Sequence record: OR670491 | DNA: 64,000 bases | Reading direction: 5' to 3' (one strand) | DNA from: Escherichia phage vB_EcoM_JNE01 | Shown here: one piece after another, positions 9,642-19,583 of the stretch | Layout: each line of letters opens with the position of its first letter | How positions within the stretch are numbered: position 1 is the first letter of the stretch | The notes under the pieces: model-generated | Told to the model about the DNA's origin: nothing | Database searches by the model: none | The model's input: only the letters and a program-made list of their open reading frames with translations | Translations under genes and position numbers: made by a program

Positions 9642-10002
9642 AGAATTGGCATTATTAAAAAAAGATTTCGATGAAAATACATTAACACTATCATTAAATG
9701 CTGGTGTAATTAAAGTTGGTGTTTCCACGTCATACCTTGTTTACCGTAAGAACAGTAAAGAGGTCTTATATCATAATGAATCTGGTATAATTTGGGTGTA
9801 TGATATGGAAAAGAATGTCATCAATTACGTTACTGATTTTTATGCACATAAAACAGTTAATTTTGATGTTACTGAAGAGGAACTATTCCAACAATCTCTG
9901 ATAGAAGCTGATGTATTAATGCCAGAGGAAATTAAAATAATCACAGATGCGGTGCAGTATGTATTTGATAGTGTTCAAGAACATGAAGGTACTGAAGGAT
10001 AG
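9625..10002 (+). CDS. EE-x-FFQxS-motif family protein
   Basis: 125 aa; motif TEEELFQQSLIEAD. Confidence 0.6.
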   Translation: MINIHKELALLKKDFDENTLTLSLNAGVIKVGVSTSYLVYRKNSKEVLYHNESGIIWVYDMEKNVINYVTDFYAHKTVNFDVTEEELFQQSLIEADVLMPEEIKIITDAVQYVFDSVQEHEGTEG

Positions 10003-10005
10003 TCC

Positions 10006-10461
10006 ATGAATAAATTACAGGTTTTTGAATATCTAACACGTACATCAATGATGGATTTACCAGAAGTAACATGTAAGAACCCAAAAGAATTAATACGAAT
10101 CTATCATATTGTTGAGGATTTACAATACAGAATCAATACTGAATATGATTATGTTACTGTGTCTGTACAAAACTTAAACTGGAGTGGTTCAGCAGCGGAA
10201 ATGTTCAACATTTCATACGATACAGCTAATGATTGTTTAAGGGTATTCATTCGAGAAAGTTCTTATTCCCATATGGATTTTACTGAAGTTCGTGAGGTTA
10301 GTAATTGCCTAACGGAAGAAGGGTTTTTCCAAGAATCATTGGTACAGAATTTAGTGTTCACTCAAGATGAATTAAAATCTGTTATTGATATTTTGGAGTA
10401 TATACAGCTAAAAGCCAGAGCGAAATACAAAATAACAGAACAGATTCCGCGAGGTATATAA
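10006..10461 (+). CDS. EE-x-FFQxS-motif family protein
   Basis: 151 aa; motif TEEGFFQESLVQNL. Confidence 0.6.
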   Translation: MNKLQVFEYLTRTSMMDLPEVTCKNPKELIRIYHIVEDLQYRINTEYDYVTVSVQNLNWSGSAAEMFNISYDTANDCLRVFIRESSYSHMDFTEVREVSNCLTEEGFFQESLVQNLVFTQDELKSVIDILEYIQLKARAKYKITEQIPRGI

Positions 10462-10908
10462 ATGTTTTTTAATCCAGTACCTTTTTTTAATTTGTTAGGT
10501 GTAACATCAATCCCAGATTTAAAGATTGGTGAAGATTATTCTAATAATTACATACTTGCCCTGGAAATTGAATCGGATGATTTCAACTGCTATGTAACAT
10601 ACGATGCAAATGAAAATTCAGTAGCGGAACTGGTATTTGTATACATATATAACGTTTATAGCGGTGATGGCACTGGGGTTAAATCAGTTGAGGTTGAATC
10701 ATATGGCATCAAAGGTTCATTGATATTGAATGAAAACAACGTCGAATTCAATCTGGATGATTACAGTACTGAAGAAGCATTGTTTCAACTTAGTACTATC
10801 CAAGATTGCTGCTTAACTTTGAAAGATATAAAAGAATTCAAAGAACAGGTTGACAGTGTATATGAGATGTTATACAATGCTTATCCTGAATTTGAGATTA
10901 GAAGATAA
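10462..10908 (+). CDS. EE-x-FFQxS-motif family protein
   Basis: 148 aa; motif TEEALFQLSTIQDC. Confidence 0.6.
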   Translation: MFFNPVPFFNLLGVTSIPDLKIGEDYSNNYILALEIESDDFNCYVTYDANENSVAELVFVYIYNVYSGDGTGVKSVEVESYGIKGSLILNENNVEFNLDDYSTEEALFQLSTIQDCCLTLKDIKEFKEQVDSVYEMLYNAYPEFEIRR

Positions 10909-10917
10909 GGTATAAAA

Positions 10918-11178
10918 ATGACTAAAGTAGTTCGCAAACGCCACATGATGAACATGGATGAATTCCGTACTTTTGACAAATATCGTACAATGTTCCGTAT
11001 GCTGTCTAAGGGCCACCCTATTGTTATTGTAACTGAAAGTTACATGTCACCAGAGATGATGTTTGGAAACTATGAAAAGGTCTTTATGCTTTATGTGAAG
11101 CGTGAACTTCTAACTATTAAAACATTAGCAGAAGCCACTGATGAAGATATGGATGGTGATAATACATTCACCATGTGA
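10918..11178 (+). CDS. hypothetical protein
   Basis: 86-aa ORF. Confidence 0.5.
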   Translation: MTKVVRKRHMMNMDEFRTFDKYRTMFRMLSKGHPIVIVTESYMSPEMMFGNYEKVFMLYVKRELLTIKTLAEATDEDMDGDNTFTM

Positions 11179-11255
11179 GGATGTTATGCAAGATAAACCG
11201 AAAGAACCACTTGACCGTGACGATGATTTCTATGATGAACGATACGGAGAGAAAG

Positions 11256-11513
11256 ATGAATGAGCATAATGCAGTACTGAAAAAGATTATGTCAGAACTT
11301 GGCAGTGAGCTTGCTGTAACTGAAGAAGAATACCAATCATGGAAGAAAGATTTCGAACAACTTCCTGAACATGATAAAGTGTTTAATCTTCTTGGCGTAA
11401 TCAGCCAGTACTTACTAAGTGCAGGTGAAAGTAAAGCAGCATCTTCAATCCTTGCATCTGCAATCATTTGTACTTCACGTTGGTGTGACGAAAAATCTCT
11501 GGATGATTTCTAA
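11256..11513 (+). CDS. hypothetical protein
   Basis: Track ORF 11175-11513 trimmed to the ATG at 11256, preceded by a GGAGAGA RBS. Confidence 0.45.
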   Translation: MNEHNAVLKKIMSELGSELAVTEEEYQSWKKDFEQLPEHDKVFNLLGVISQYLLSAGESKAASSILASAIICTSRWCDEKSLDDF

Positions 11514-11565
11514 ATACTGTGCTATAATGAATTTATAGTACAACAATATAAAAAAAGGATTTTAT

Positions 11566-13455
11566 ATGAAACCAATCAGAGTACTGTCACTTTTTAATGG
11601 AATGAGTGTGGGATACATGGCACTTCAAGATGCTGGTATCCCAGTTGAAACGTATTACTCTTCCGAAATTGATAAGTATGCTATTGCTGAATCCCAAGAG
11701 AATTTCCCTGATATTATCCAACTAGGTGACGTTACCAAGTGGAAGGATTGGGATATTGAATGGGATAAGATTGACCTCCTTATGGGAGGGTTCCCGTGTT
11801 TCCCTGAAGGAACAATGATAATGACCGACAAAGGTCACAAAGATATTAAAGACATTCAAATTGGTGACATGGTACTAACTCATACTGGTCAATATCATCC
11901 AGTATTGAGTACAGGTGTTAAAAAAGCCCCTACGCGTATTATTTCAGGGCAAGGACATTTACCTATTGAATGTACTGATAATCACCCATTTTATTCTAGA
12001 AAAATGTCGTCTAGCTGGAATAACAGCATTAGACAATATGAACGTTCCTTCACTGAACCTGAGTGGATTGAGGCACACGAATTAACATCTGAACATTTTC
12101 TTTGTAATGTTAAATCAATTGAATCAGGTAAATCAACAAAAGATGAAAAATTCTGGTATTTTATGGGCCGCTTTATGGGTGATGGATGGACTTATAAAGT
12201 AAAGCGAAATAATAGAAAGAATAGTTACCAGTATAGAGTTTTCATCTGTTGTGCACATGATGAATTTGATGAATTGATTTCATGTTTTGAAGGTATGAAC
12301 ATGAAATATAATTATGTCAAAGAAAGAACATCATATAAATTTTATATATGTTCAAAAGAACTAGTTGAATTCTGTGAACAGATGGGTAAAGGTGCATCTA
12401 ATAAGAAAGTTCATCCTAATTTATTCAATGAATGTGTACAGAACCAGAAAGCATTCATTGATGGATATTTTGACGCAGATGGTCATGTTGATAGTAATTG
12501 TTATAAATTCACAACAACATCAATAGACTGCGTATTAGGTGTCCAACAATTAATAATGAATGTTTACGGAAGACATTCCAACATAAGCCTTACAGAACCA
12601 GAAAAAACTAAAGTTATTGAAGGACGAATTGTAAACCAAAAACCGTATTATGTTTTATCATATAAAAAAGACCAACCTAAAAAAGAGGAAGCTTTTTATG
12701 AAGAAAATTATTCATGGGTTAAAGGTGTAAAAACGAGTATTTCTACTGGTGAATGGAAAACTGTATATAATTTTGAAGTTGCCGTTGACAATACTTATAC
12801 CGCAAATAACATAGTTGTTCACAATTGTCAAGCCTGGTCGGTTGCAGGTAAACAGGGTGGAATAAATGATCCAAGAGGAATGTTGTTCCATACAATGGTT
12901 GATATTTACGAGCACATCAAAAGTCTCAATCCAGACTTGAAAGTACTGTTCGAGAATGTTAAAATGAAAGACGATTTCAAGCAATACATCAACAGTATTC
13001 TTGATATGACACCAGTACTGATAAATTCCCATAATTACACGCCTCACTTCAGACAACGTTATTATTGGTACAGTTCTGATAAATTACTAACTCCACCTGC
13101 ATTAATGAATGCACCTGTGCTTCAGGACATTCTGGATGATGGTTGGTATACTGACCGTACCGCTTCGTACTGTATAGATGCCAACTACTTTAAGGGTGGT
13201 GATTGTAATCAATACTTCAATAAGTCCAGGCGACAATTGGTGTTCAAGAACCCTGATATCAATCGTCAGTACTTACTTGAGAATGGTAAAAGAAACATTG
13301 ACTACCGTCACTTAAGTGTAGTAGAATGTTGTAAATTGCAAGGTGTACCAACTGATTATTTCAAGTTATCTAGTAATACACAGGCATATAAAATGCTAGG
13401 GAACGGTTGGACAATGCCAGTCATTTCACATTTGCTTAAAGAGATATTCTTTTAA
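11566..13455 (+). CDS. DNA (cytosine-5)-methyltransferase (Dcm-like) interrupted by an in-frame intein
   Basis: Motif I LFNGMSVGY; motif IV GGFP|CQAWSVAG split by a 343-aa insertion; motif VI ENVK; motif X MLGNGWTMPV. Confidence 0.85.
   Translation: MKPIRVLSLFNGMSVGYMALQDAGIPVETYYSSEIDKYAIAESQENFPDIIQLGDVTKWKDWDIEWDKIDLLMGGFPCFPEGTMIMTDKGHKDIKDIQIGDMVLTHTGQYHPVLSTGVKKAPTRIISGQGHLPIECTDNHPFYSRKMSSSWNNSIRQYERSFTEPEWIEAHELTSEHFLCNVKSIESGKSTKDEKFWYFMGRFMGDGWTYKVKRNNRKNSYQYRVFICCAHDEFDELISCFEGMNMKYNYVKERTSYKFYICSKELVEFCEQMGKGASNKKVHPNLFNECVQNQKAFIDGYFDADGHVDSNCYKFTTTSIDCVLGVQQLIMNVYGRHSNISLTEPEKTKVIEGRIVNQKPYYVLSYKKDQPKKEEAFYEENYSWVKGVKTSISTGEWKTVYNFEVAVDNTYTANNIVVHNCQAWSVAGKQGGINDPRGMLFHTMVDIYEHIKSLNPDLKVLFENVKMKDDFKQYINSILDMTPVLINSHNYTPHFRQRYYWYSSDKLLTPPALMNAPVLQDILDDGWYTDRTASYCIDANYFKGGDCNQYFNKSRRQLVFKNPDINRQYLLENGKRNIDYRHLSVVECCKLQGVPTDYFKLSSNTQAYKMLGNGWTMPVISHLLKEIFF
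11797..12825 (+). mobile_element. intein with LAGLIDADG homing-endonuclease domain, inserted at the MTase catalytic PCQ motif
   Basis: Begins C-F-P-E-G-T-M-I-M-T-D-K-G (Hint block A); ends NIVVHN followed by +1 Cys; two LAGLIDADG-like motifs (YFMGRFMGDG, FIDGYFDADG). Confidence 0.8.
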
Positions 13456-13456
13456 T

Positions 13457-13936
13457 ATGAACTATTTCCAAGACCGTAATAAAATACAAATTGCTCGTAA
13501 TCACAGAGCGAAGAAGGAGACTTTACGTTTCAATACACATTACCCTTTCGTCGGTGACACAGTACTGTATGAATGTTATACAAAAAAGAAAGTGTTTGTT
13601 GGCTCTGGTATTGGTACGGTCTTGGATATTAAACAATATTATTCGGATAAGATGCGTGTCAAATACACCGTACAGGATAATACAACAAACGAAGTATACG
13701 AGGTTATGTACAACGTCCATGTTTATCCATTGGATACGGTTGTTCTACTTACAAGAAGAGAAAAAACTATGTTTTACAGTGGCTATGATAAACTAACTAA
13801 TCAAATTATTCCTAATACTTTAGGTAAATTTAAAACTGACACAGAACAAGCACTCGTTAGTAAACTGGGTGTGGACTGGAAAAAAGAAAATTCTTTTATT
13901 GAAATTCGTCTAGTTGAAGTTACACTAAAAGACTGA
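13457..13936 (+). CDS. hypothetical protein
   Basis: 159-aa ORF directly after the MTase stop. Confidence 0.5.
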   Translation: MNYFQDRNKIQIARNHRAKKETLRFNTHYPFVGDTVLYECYTKKKVFVGSGIGTVLDIKQYYSDKMRVKYTVQDNTTNEVYEVMYNVHVYPLDTVVLLTRREKTMFYSGYDKLTNQIIPNTLGKFKTDTEQALVSKLGVDWKKENSFIEIRLVEVTLKD

Positions 13937-13999
13937 TATAATACTATCCACGTATACAATGCGTGGATTTTTTATACCCCCAAAAAAAGGTCAAATTAA

Positions 14000-14452
14000 A
14001 TGAAAATTGATGAGTTGGTGCATTTGCTTCCAAATGTTTACAAGAATGTTTTATTCACTAAAGAACTACATAAGCAAGGTTTCTCTGTTCGCCCAGCATT
14101 ACTTGCATCATCGTATCGATATGTAACAACATATGGAACGGTAGAATTCATTTCATATGACTATGAAGTAGACCCCGATTGTTATACATTATCTATTAGT
14201 ATATACAGTGAAGAGGAAGATTCTGGTCGTGAGATTAAAAATATTTCATATGATACTGATGGACAGTTTAGTCTTGAGTACTGTGATGATAGTATAGAAG
14301 AATTCTATTTAGAAGATGTAAATCGTTTGTGTGATGATGATTTTGTGTTCCAACAATCAACACTAACACCATTGGGTAATACTAATGGTAAAACATGGGA
14401 AACCTGTTTGTATTATCTGCAAGCAATTTGCACAGCTTTTAAGGGGGTTTAA
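14000..14452 (+). CDS. EE-x-FFQxS-motif family protein (divergent)
   Basis: 150 aa; motif DDDFVFQQSTLTPL. Confidence 0.55.
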   Translation: MKIDELVHLLPNVYKNVLFTKELHKQGFSVRPALLASSYRYVTTYGTVEFISYDYEVDPDCYTLSISIYSEEEDSGREIKNISYDTDGQFSLEYCDDSIEEFYLEDVNRLCDDDFVFQQSTLTPLGNTNGKTWETCLYYLQAICTAFKGV

Positions 14453-14854
14453 ATGAGTAAGTATACAATAAAAGTAATCTATGAGACTGGTGATACCAGC
14501 AGTAGTAGCATTATCGAAGAAAACATTGACTTACAATGGGAAACCATTGAAGGTGCACGTAATGCATTGCAGGTTCTTAAAGAACACTGGGAATACACTA
14601 TTAGACGAGATAAGTGCCGTACTCGTGATGAAGTCACTGGCCTTGATAGTGAGATGCATACCAAGACTTGGTACTCACCAAGTGGAGGTGAATATCTTTT
14701 TCGAGTGGATGTGGATGGTACAATGTGTTCATGTCATGCACCCTGGGTTGGGTACTTTGAAGTATTGAATAGTGCTGAAGTGGTTCCGGTCGTTGAAGAA
14801 GTAGAGAATCCTGATAAGATCAATTTTGATGCTCTGCGTTGGAATATAAAATGA
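14453..14854 (+). CDS. hypothetical protein
   Basis: 133-aa ORF. Confidence 0.5.
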   Translation: MSKYTIKVIYETGDTSSSSIIEENIDLQWETIEGARNALQVLKEHWEYTIRRDKCRTRDEVTGLDSEMHTKTWYSPSGGEYLFRVDVDGTMCSCHAPWVGYFEVLNSAEVVPVVEEVENPDKINFDALRWNIK

Positions 14855-15279
14855 CAGTACTGAAAAATCTTGCTAAGATAAAGCACCCTGTTGTCTATGG
14901 ATTGTGGAAAAAAGTAGCAACTGATGTTCCAGACAAAACTTGGCGTGGATTAAGTCGTGTTTTAAGTAATGTTAATGACATGACATATTCAACAAAAGAT
15001 GAACTAGTCATTGACATGCGTTTCCACCCAAAACCCAAACTGAGAATCAAGTACATAATCAAGATTCGTGCAACTTCGTTTGACATTAGTATTGAAAAGT
15101 ATTATGATGGCAATTGGTGGGATGACCCAGTTACAGTAATGTCTATGCTTGAAATGAAGTATGAAAATTTCGAAGAAATGATATTTCAGCACTTGACAAC
15201 GCAACAATATATGGGTATGATAGGTACTCAAGAGTTAGAGATGATTAACGAAATTCGTGACATTTACTTCAAGGAGTAA
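14839..15279 (+). CDS. hypothetical protein, EE-x-FFQxS-like motif
   Basis: 146 aa; motif FEEMIFQHLTTQQY. Confidence 0.5.
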   Translation: MEYKMTVLKNLAKIKHPVVYGLWKKVATDVPDKTWRGLSRVLSNVNDMTYSTKDELVIDMRFHPKPKLRIKYIIKIRATSFDISIEKYYDGNWWDDPVTVMSMLEMKYENFEEMIFQHLTTQQYMGMIGTQELEMINEIRDIYFKE

Positions 15280-15281
15280 TA

Positions 15282-15425
15282 ATGCCAATACGTAACAGTA
15301 CTTCACGATTTACACTACAACAGAAAGCAGATCTTCTTAATATGGTAAACAAAGAACCGGACTATCATTATCTGGTAATTGGTGGACGTGTTGAGAAGAT
15401 CAATCTTAAAGAATGTTTAAAGTAA
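15282..15425 (+). CDS. small hypothetical protein (47 aa)
   Basis: ATG 7 nt after an AAGGAG RBS; below track size cutoff. Confidence 0.35.
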   Translation: MPIRNSTSRFTLQQKADLLNMVNKEPDYHYLVIGGRVEKINLKECLK

Positions 15426-15435
15426 GGGGTTAACA

Positions 15436-15609
15436 ATGAGCTTGTCTGAATCATGGAATCAATTTAAAGAAGAAATCGGTTATTCACCAGTTAAGATTGA
15501 AGAAATCAATCGTACTGAAAGTATCAAAGCAAGTACTAATGGTACTACGTATGACCGTTATGACCCAAAATATGGTCTTCATGAAGAAATCACCAAGGAC
15601 AAAAACTAA
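15436..15609 (+). CDS. small hypothetical protein (57 aa)
   Basis: ATG after a GGGG purine run; below track size cutoff. Confidence 0.35.
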   Translation: MSLSESWNQFKEEIGYSPVKIEEINRTESIKASTNGTTYDRYDPKYGLHEEITKDKN

Positions 15610-15752
15610 TGGTTTACACTAACATCTTTAGTGGTTTAAAACGTAAATTCGAAAATGGTGTTGGTTATGCTTCAAGTGATGGTGGTGTAACCTGGGTTAA
15701 GAACAATACACCTGAAGGTCTGATTAAGAATCTTCCTTACTATAAAGCTTGA
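15609..15752 (+). CDS. small hypothetical protein (47 aa)
   Basis: TAATG overlap with the previous ORF. Confidence 0.3.
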   Translation: MVYTNIFSGLKRKFENGVGYASSDGGVTWVKNNTPEGLIKNLPYYKA

Positions 15753-15777
15753 CATGTAAATCGGGAGTACGTATAAT
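15749..15777 (+). promoter_or_regulatory. sigma70-type promoter with the -10 box inside a palindrome
   Basis: TTGACA, 17-nt spacer, TATAAT; inverted repeat GGGAGTA / TACTCCC flanks the -10. Confidence 0.55.
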
Positions 15778-15810
15778 ACTCCCATATTAATCCAAAATGA
15801 GGTATGCAGA

Positions 15811-16368
15811 ATGGCTGGTATCGATAAAATTTGTGAATTCAGTGGTGATTATGAACCAATGGGAATGTACGAAGCAAAGCGTAACCATATTCAAGTACTG
15901 TCAAAGTACCGTAAAGAATTTCGTGGAGCAGAAGCTACTCTGTACATTTTTGAAGGTGATTTACATGAGGTAAGTCCAGGAGGTTCATATTGGAAAGCTG
16001 AACTGGATGCTATCGTTTCACAACCAACCGAAGAGGATTGGAATAGTGGCAACGGATACCGTTATGGTCTTTATGAATATGGTCGCCGTAACATTTATCA
16101 GGTATTCTTCGATAACTTAGCTGGCTATAAGAAATTTGCTAAAAAACAACGCAATTTGCGTGTTATCCCAGAATACACATATGTTCTATCCGTTCCGTCA
16201 GTCCCTGGTAAAGTGGGTGGTATTTATATTAACAATACCTTTGCAATTAGCGATGTTAAACGCCGAATGAAACGCTTAATCGGTAAAAATTTGAAGATTA
16301 AAAAAGTACAAGGTGATGCATACGATTATGCACGTAACTATCTCCAACATGTTATGGTAACAGAATGA
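15811..16368 (+). CDS. hypothetical protein
   Basis: 185-aa ORF downstream of the promoter. Confidence 0.55.
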   Translation: MAGIDKICEFSGDYEPMGMYEAKRNHIQVLSKYRKEFRGAEATLYIFEGDLHEVSPGGSYWKAELDAIVSQPTEEDWNSGNGYRYGLYEYGRRNIYQVFFDNLAGYKKFAKKQRNLRVIPEYTYVLSVPSVPGKVGGIYINNTFAISDVKRRMKRLIGKNLKIKKVQGDAYDYARNYLQHVMVTE

Positions 16369-16559
16369 ATACACTAATCTTTATTAAAGATGTAGTACTT
16401 GCATTTTTGTTAACAATCGGTCTAGTTTTGATTGGTCTTATCCCACTGATTATATATCTATTAATGGGTGGTACAGATCCAGACGCGGATTATTGTTTAC
16501 GAATTTTGGGATTTGTTATCGTTGTTTTATTGATGGGTTACGTGTGTAACAGGAAATAA
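16365..16559 (+). CDS. small membrane protein
   Basis: 64 aa, two hydrophobic segments. Confidence 0.5.
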   Translation: MNTLIFIKDVVLAFLLTIGLVLIGLIPLIIYLLMGGTDPDADYCLRILGFVIVVLLMGYVCNRK

Positions 16560-16560
16560 T

Positions 16561-17367
16561 ATGGATATAGAAGAACTAGTTCTCAGTGAGTTCCGAAAAT
16601 ACATTGCATCTTGTGACCGAAGTGTGATTCGTTCATTCAACGAATACTTATTAAAATACAATGTATTAATGTTTGTTCCTATGTTTTTAGATGACAAAAG
16701 TACAGAGGAAGATGTTCCAAAGACTTTGTATATAGCCTTCTGTCATCGTAAATTGAATATGGATGAGTACGAGCACGCCGACATATGGACGGAAACAGAT
16801 GCGAACGAAACGAATACATTTTATTTGTATTCACCTTTAGCTAATGTTGTATACACTACTGAAACTAAGGCACTCTTTATCGAATCGTCTAAGATAGAAC
16901 CCATTTATCTTGAGCCAGTACCATTCAGTACTGTTGATAAGTTTCCTAAAGTTGGTGAATCACCAGACGGCTTAATGGAGTATCTAGTACTGGATTATAT
17001 GGAGTGCGATAGGATAACTTCAGAAGTAGAGGAACTAATTACATCTACCATTAATGTATTAATGACTAAATCATTAGAAGTGTATGATATATATCAAGAT
17101 ATTCATGTAACATCAAAATGTATACCTACTGGTGAATGTACATCGGTGATTAAGTTCAATGCAGAGATCTTAGGATTCGTTCGTTGTAAAGGTTATGATT
17201 TGTACAATCGTGAAATCTATGTCTTTGATAAGACTAAATGGAATGATTTGATGCAATTAATTGTAGACAACAGTGGTGTACGTGATATAATTCATTCATC
17301 AGTTCATGTGATTGATGTTACTAAAGACTGCGATGTATATTTCAAAATACCACTTTCAAAGAAATAG
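16561..17367 (+). CDS. hypothetical protein
   Basis: 268-aa ORF. Confidence 0.55.
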   Translation: MDIEELVLSEFRKYIASCDRSVIRSFNEYLLKYNVLMFVPMFLDDKSTEEDVPKTLYIAFCHRKLNMDEYEHADIWTETDANETNTFYLYSPLANVVYTTETKALFIESSKIEPIYLEPVPFSTVDKFPKVGESPDGLMEYLVLDYMECDRITSEVEELITSTINVLMTKSLEVYDIYQDIHVTSKCIPTGECTSVIKFNAEILGFVRCKGYDLYNREIYVFDKTKWNDLMQLIVDNSGVRDIIHSSVHVIDVTKDCDVYFKIPLSKK

Positions 17368-17375
17368 GTAAACAT

Positions 17376-17648
17376 ATGAAGATTCTTGAAGTTTTACATA
17401 CTTACATGGCACAGAGTACTCTTTACATTGGTAATGAGTTCAGTCCAGATCCACTTGACATGTTAGAACGTGTTAAAGCGATTTACCCTCAACTCGCGTC
17501 AAAAGAAGCGTTCGAACGTGAGATTGTACTGAATACTGACAATAAAGTACTCGATGACCAAGTTCAACAAGATGTAATTAATCTCTTGACAAAGAACGGA
17601 TATGTAGAGTATAATCCTTGTACTGTAATCATTGACTGTGAGTTATAA
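17376..17648 (+). CDS. hypothetical protein
   Basis: 90-aa ORF. Confidence 0.5.
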   Translation: MKILEVLHTYMAQSTLYIGNEFSPDPLDMLERVKAIYPQLASKEAFEREIVLNTDNKVLDDQVQQDVINLLTKNGYVEYNPCTVIIDCEL

Positions 17649-17916
17649 TATGAGTACTAAAGCTGAAATGAAAGAACGTTTGGTTCTTCTAAAAGAAGAA
17701 CGTCGTATTGTACGTCTGGATTGGGATATTCTCAATGCTAAAGATGATCAGTCCTATGCAACATGGAGCAATGAGAAGGTTCGTAACGAGCGTTCTAAAG
17801 AAGATAACAAACAGTTCATGGCATTGTCCAAACGTCTATCTTCATTGAACAGTGAGATTCGTGGCCTTCAGCGTAACATCACTGATATTCTTCTAGATGA
17901 AATGAAGGATCTCTAA
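17632..17916 (+). CDS. hypothetical protein (coiled-coil-like)
   Basis: 94-aa ORF. Confidence 0.5.
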   Translation: MTVSYNMSTKAEMKERLVLLKEERRIVRLDWDILNAKDDQSYATWSNEKVRNERSKEDNKQFMALSKRLSSLNSEIRGLQRNITDILLDEMKDL

Positions 17917-18212
17917 TGAATAAACATGAAGTATTAGTTCTGGATGGGACATTCTTTGTCCCTACCGAAGATGCACTGAATTGTTATGACCTAATCAATA
18001 AAGTTATGGCAGCAACTAAAACATGTTGCCGTCAGACACCAGGTGAATACGAGTTCAGTCAGATGAATGGCTTTATTCGTTACCAAGAAAAAGATCATTT
18101 TGAAGTTGATAAGCAAAAAGTTATTGACATTCTGAAAAAGAACGGATATAATGAATGTATAAATAACGATACGGATTTACCAGTTGTTCGAGTTCTTTTG
18201 AAAAATACATAA
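17916..18212 (+). CDS. hypothetical protein
   Basis: 98-aa ORF. Confidence 0.5.
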   Translation: MNKHEVLVLDGTFFVPTEDALNCYDLINKVMAATKTCCRQTPGEYEFSQMNGFIRYQEKDHFEVDKQKVIDILKKNGYNECINNDTDLPVVRVLLKNT

Positions 18213-18331
18213 AAAACTCTGGACAAAACCTGAAGTACTGATATAATGTATGTCATCGGCAGATACAAAAATGCAATCCATTCCTCAATGATGAGGACTT
18301 TCATAAAAAAGAAATAAAAGGGTATTATAAA

Positions 18332-18535
18332 ATGGCTAAAGAAACTAACGCACAAGTACTAGACGTAACCGACTTCGACCGCACTGTGAACTACATCAAG
18401 TTCCAGATTTCTCAAGCTGAAGAAGCTCTGGCTGAATTCCACGGTACTGGTGCAAGGCCAATCCGCTTTGCTCATCTAATCTCTTGGAAAAAATCTCTCC
18501 AAGAAGAACTAAAACGCCTAACTCACGGCGAATAA
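18332..18535 (+). CDS. hypothetical protein (highly expressed-type codons)
   Basis: 67 aa; optimal codons; followed by terminator. Confidence 0.5.
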   Translation: MAKETNAQVLDVTDFDRTVNYIKFQISQAEEALAEFHGTGARPIRFAHLISWKKSLQEELKRLTHGE

Positions 18536-18547
18536 GTATTAACCGTC

Positions 18548-18572
18548 GCCCTGTCATATGACGGGGCTTTTT
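18548..18572 (+). terminator. rho-independent terminator
   Basis: Hairpin GCCCTGTC-ATAT-GACGGGGC followed by TTTTT. Confidence 0.6.
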
Positions 18573-18603
18573 AATCACAATCAAATCCTAAAGGTAAAAA
18601 TCA

Positions 18604-19080
18604 ATGGGTATCGAATATATGTTTCTCTTCTTCTGCTTAGGTACACTGGCAGTGATTACATCAGGGTTAGTACTGAACACTTTAATCAGTGGTTCGAAGT
18701 ACTTTGTTACATTCCAATTGCTCATGTCTGCGACTCAATATAACAAAACATCTGAAGAAACTATTTCTTTACTACTCGAAAAGGTTTCAGCAAATTTAGT
18801 GGTTGCGAGTTTGTCATCGACTGAATCCAGAATTGAGTTTATGGATATAAATACAAACGAAGTAGTTGCAGAGATTTTTATTGGTAACAAATATTATTTC
18901 TATGGTACATTACAAAAATACTATGGAAAAACAATGACTGAATTATCAAGAAAACGCCCAGCAATCAAAACACTGAAACGTATTATCAAGTTGGAAAAAC
19001 AACTACTAGGTGACCGCACCGAAAATAAAGAACCACCAGTACAAAATAATAAAAAGAAAAATGTTGTGGAGCTACAATAA
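18604..19080 (+). CDS. hypothetical membrane-anchored protein
   Basis: 158 aa; hydrophobic N-terminus. Confidence 0.5.
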   Translation: MGIEYMFLFFCLGTLAVITSGLVLNTLISGSKYFVTFQLLMSATQYNKTSEETISLLLEKVSANLVVASLSSTESRIEFMDINTNEVVAEIFIGNKYYFYGTLQKYYGKTMTELSRKRPAIKTLKRIIKLEKQLLGDRTENKEPPVQNNKKKNVVELQ

Positions 19081-19373
19081 TGACACCAGAAGAATCCAAA
19101 CGAATATTGATTGATGTTCAAGAAGGTCTACTCAATATTATGGGATTAGTAAAAGATTTACCTCAAGGTTATCAGTTTAAAGTTCGTGAAATGTTATCAT
19201 GTGCAGAGACAGTAGTTTCAATGTATAATGATATTCAGCATGGTACTATCCCTGATATCCTAACTGAAAAATCAGAGAAGATTGAAGTTTTAGAAGTACC
19301 ACCTGAAGTTAAACAAGAACCACTTCCACCACGAACTGTATTAAAAATCGAAGACTTCGATTTAGACGACTAA
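19080..19373 (+). CDS. hypothetical acidic protein
   Basis: 97-aa ORF; acidic C-terminus. Confidence 0.5.
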   Translation: MTPEESKRILIDVQEGLLNIMGLVKDLPQGYQFKVREMLSCAETVVSMYNDIQHGTIPDILTEKSEKIEVLEVPPEVKQEPLPPRTVLKIEDFDLDD

Positions 19374-19375
19374 CA

Positions 19376-19527
19376 GGAGAAATAATGAGTAATCAAACGT
19401 GTGATTTAGTACAAAAACTTTTAGAGATTCAAGCACAAGGAAAGCAGCTTGACGAAAAACGAGCCAAGATGATTGATGACCTATGTGCTTCTATCCTAGC
19501 AGTATTTGCTGATAGCAAGAAAGATTA
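19376..19527 (+). CDS. small hypothetical protein (50 aa)
   Basis: ATG after AGGAGA RBS; followed by terminator; below track size cutoff. Confidence 0.35.
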
Positions 19528-19544
19528 ATCATTATTTTAAATAG

Positions 19545-19571
19545 CCCAGTCTTAGTACTGGGTATTTTTTT
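19545..19571 (+). terminator. rho-independent terminator
   Basis: Hairpin CCCAGT-CTTAGT-ACTGGG followed by a T-run. Confidence 0.6.
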
Positions 19572-19583
19572 AGGTAAATTATC

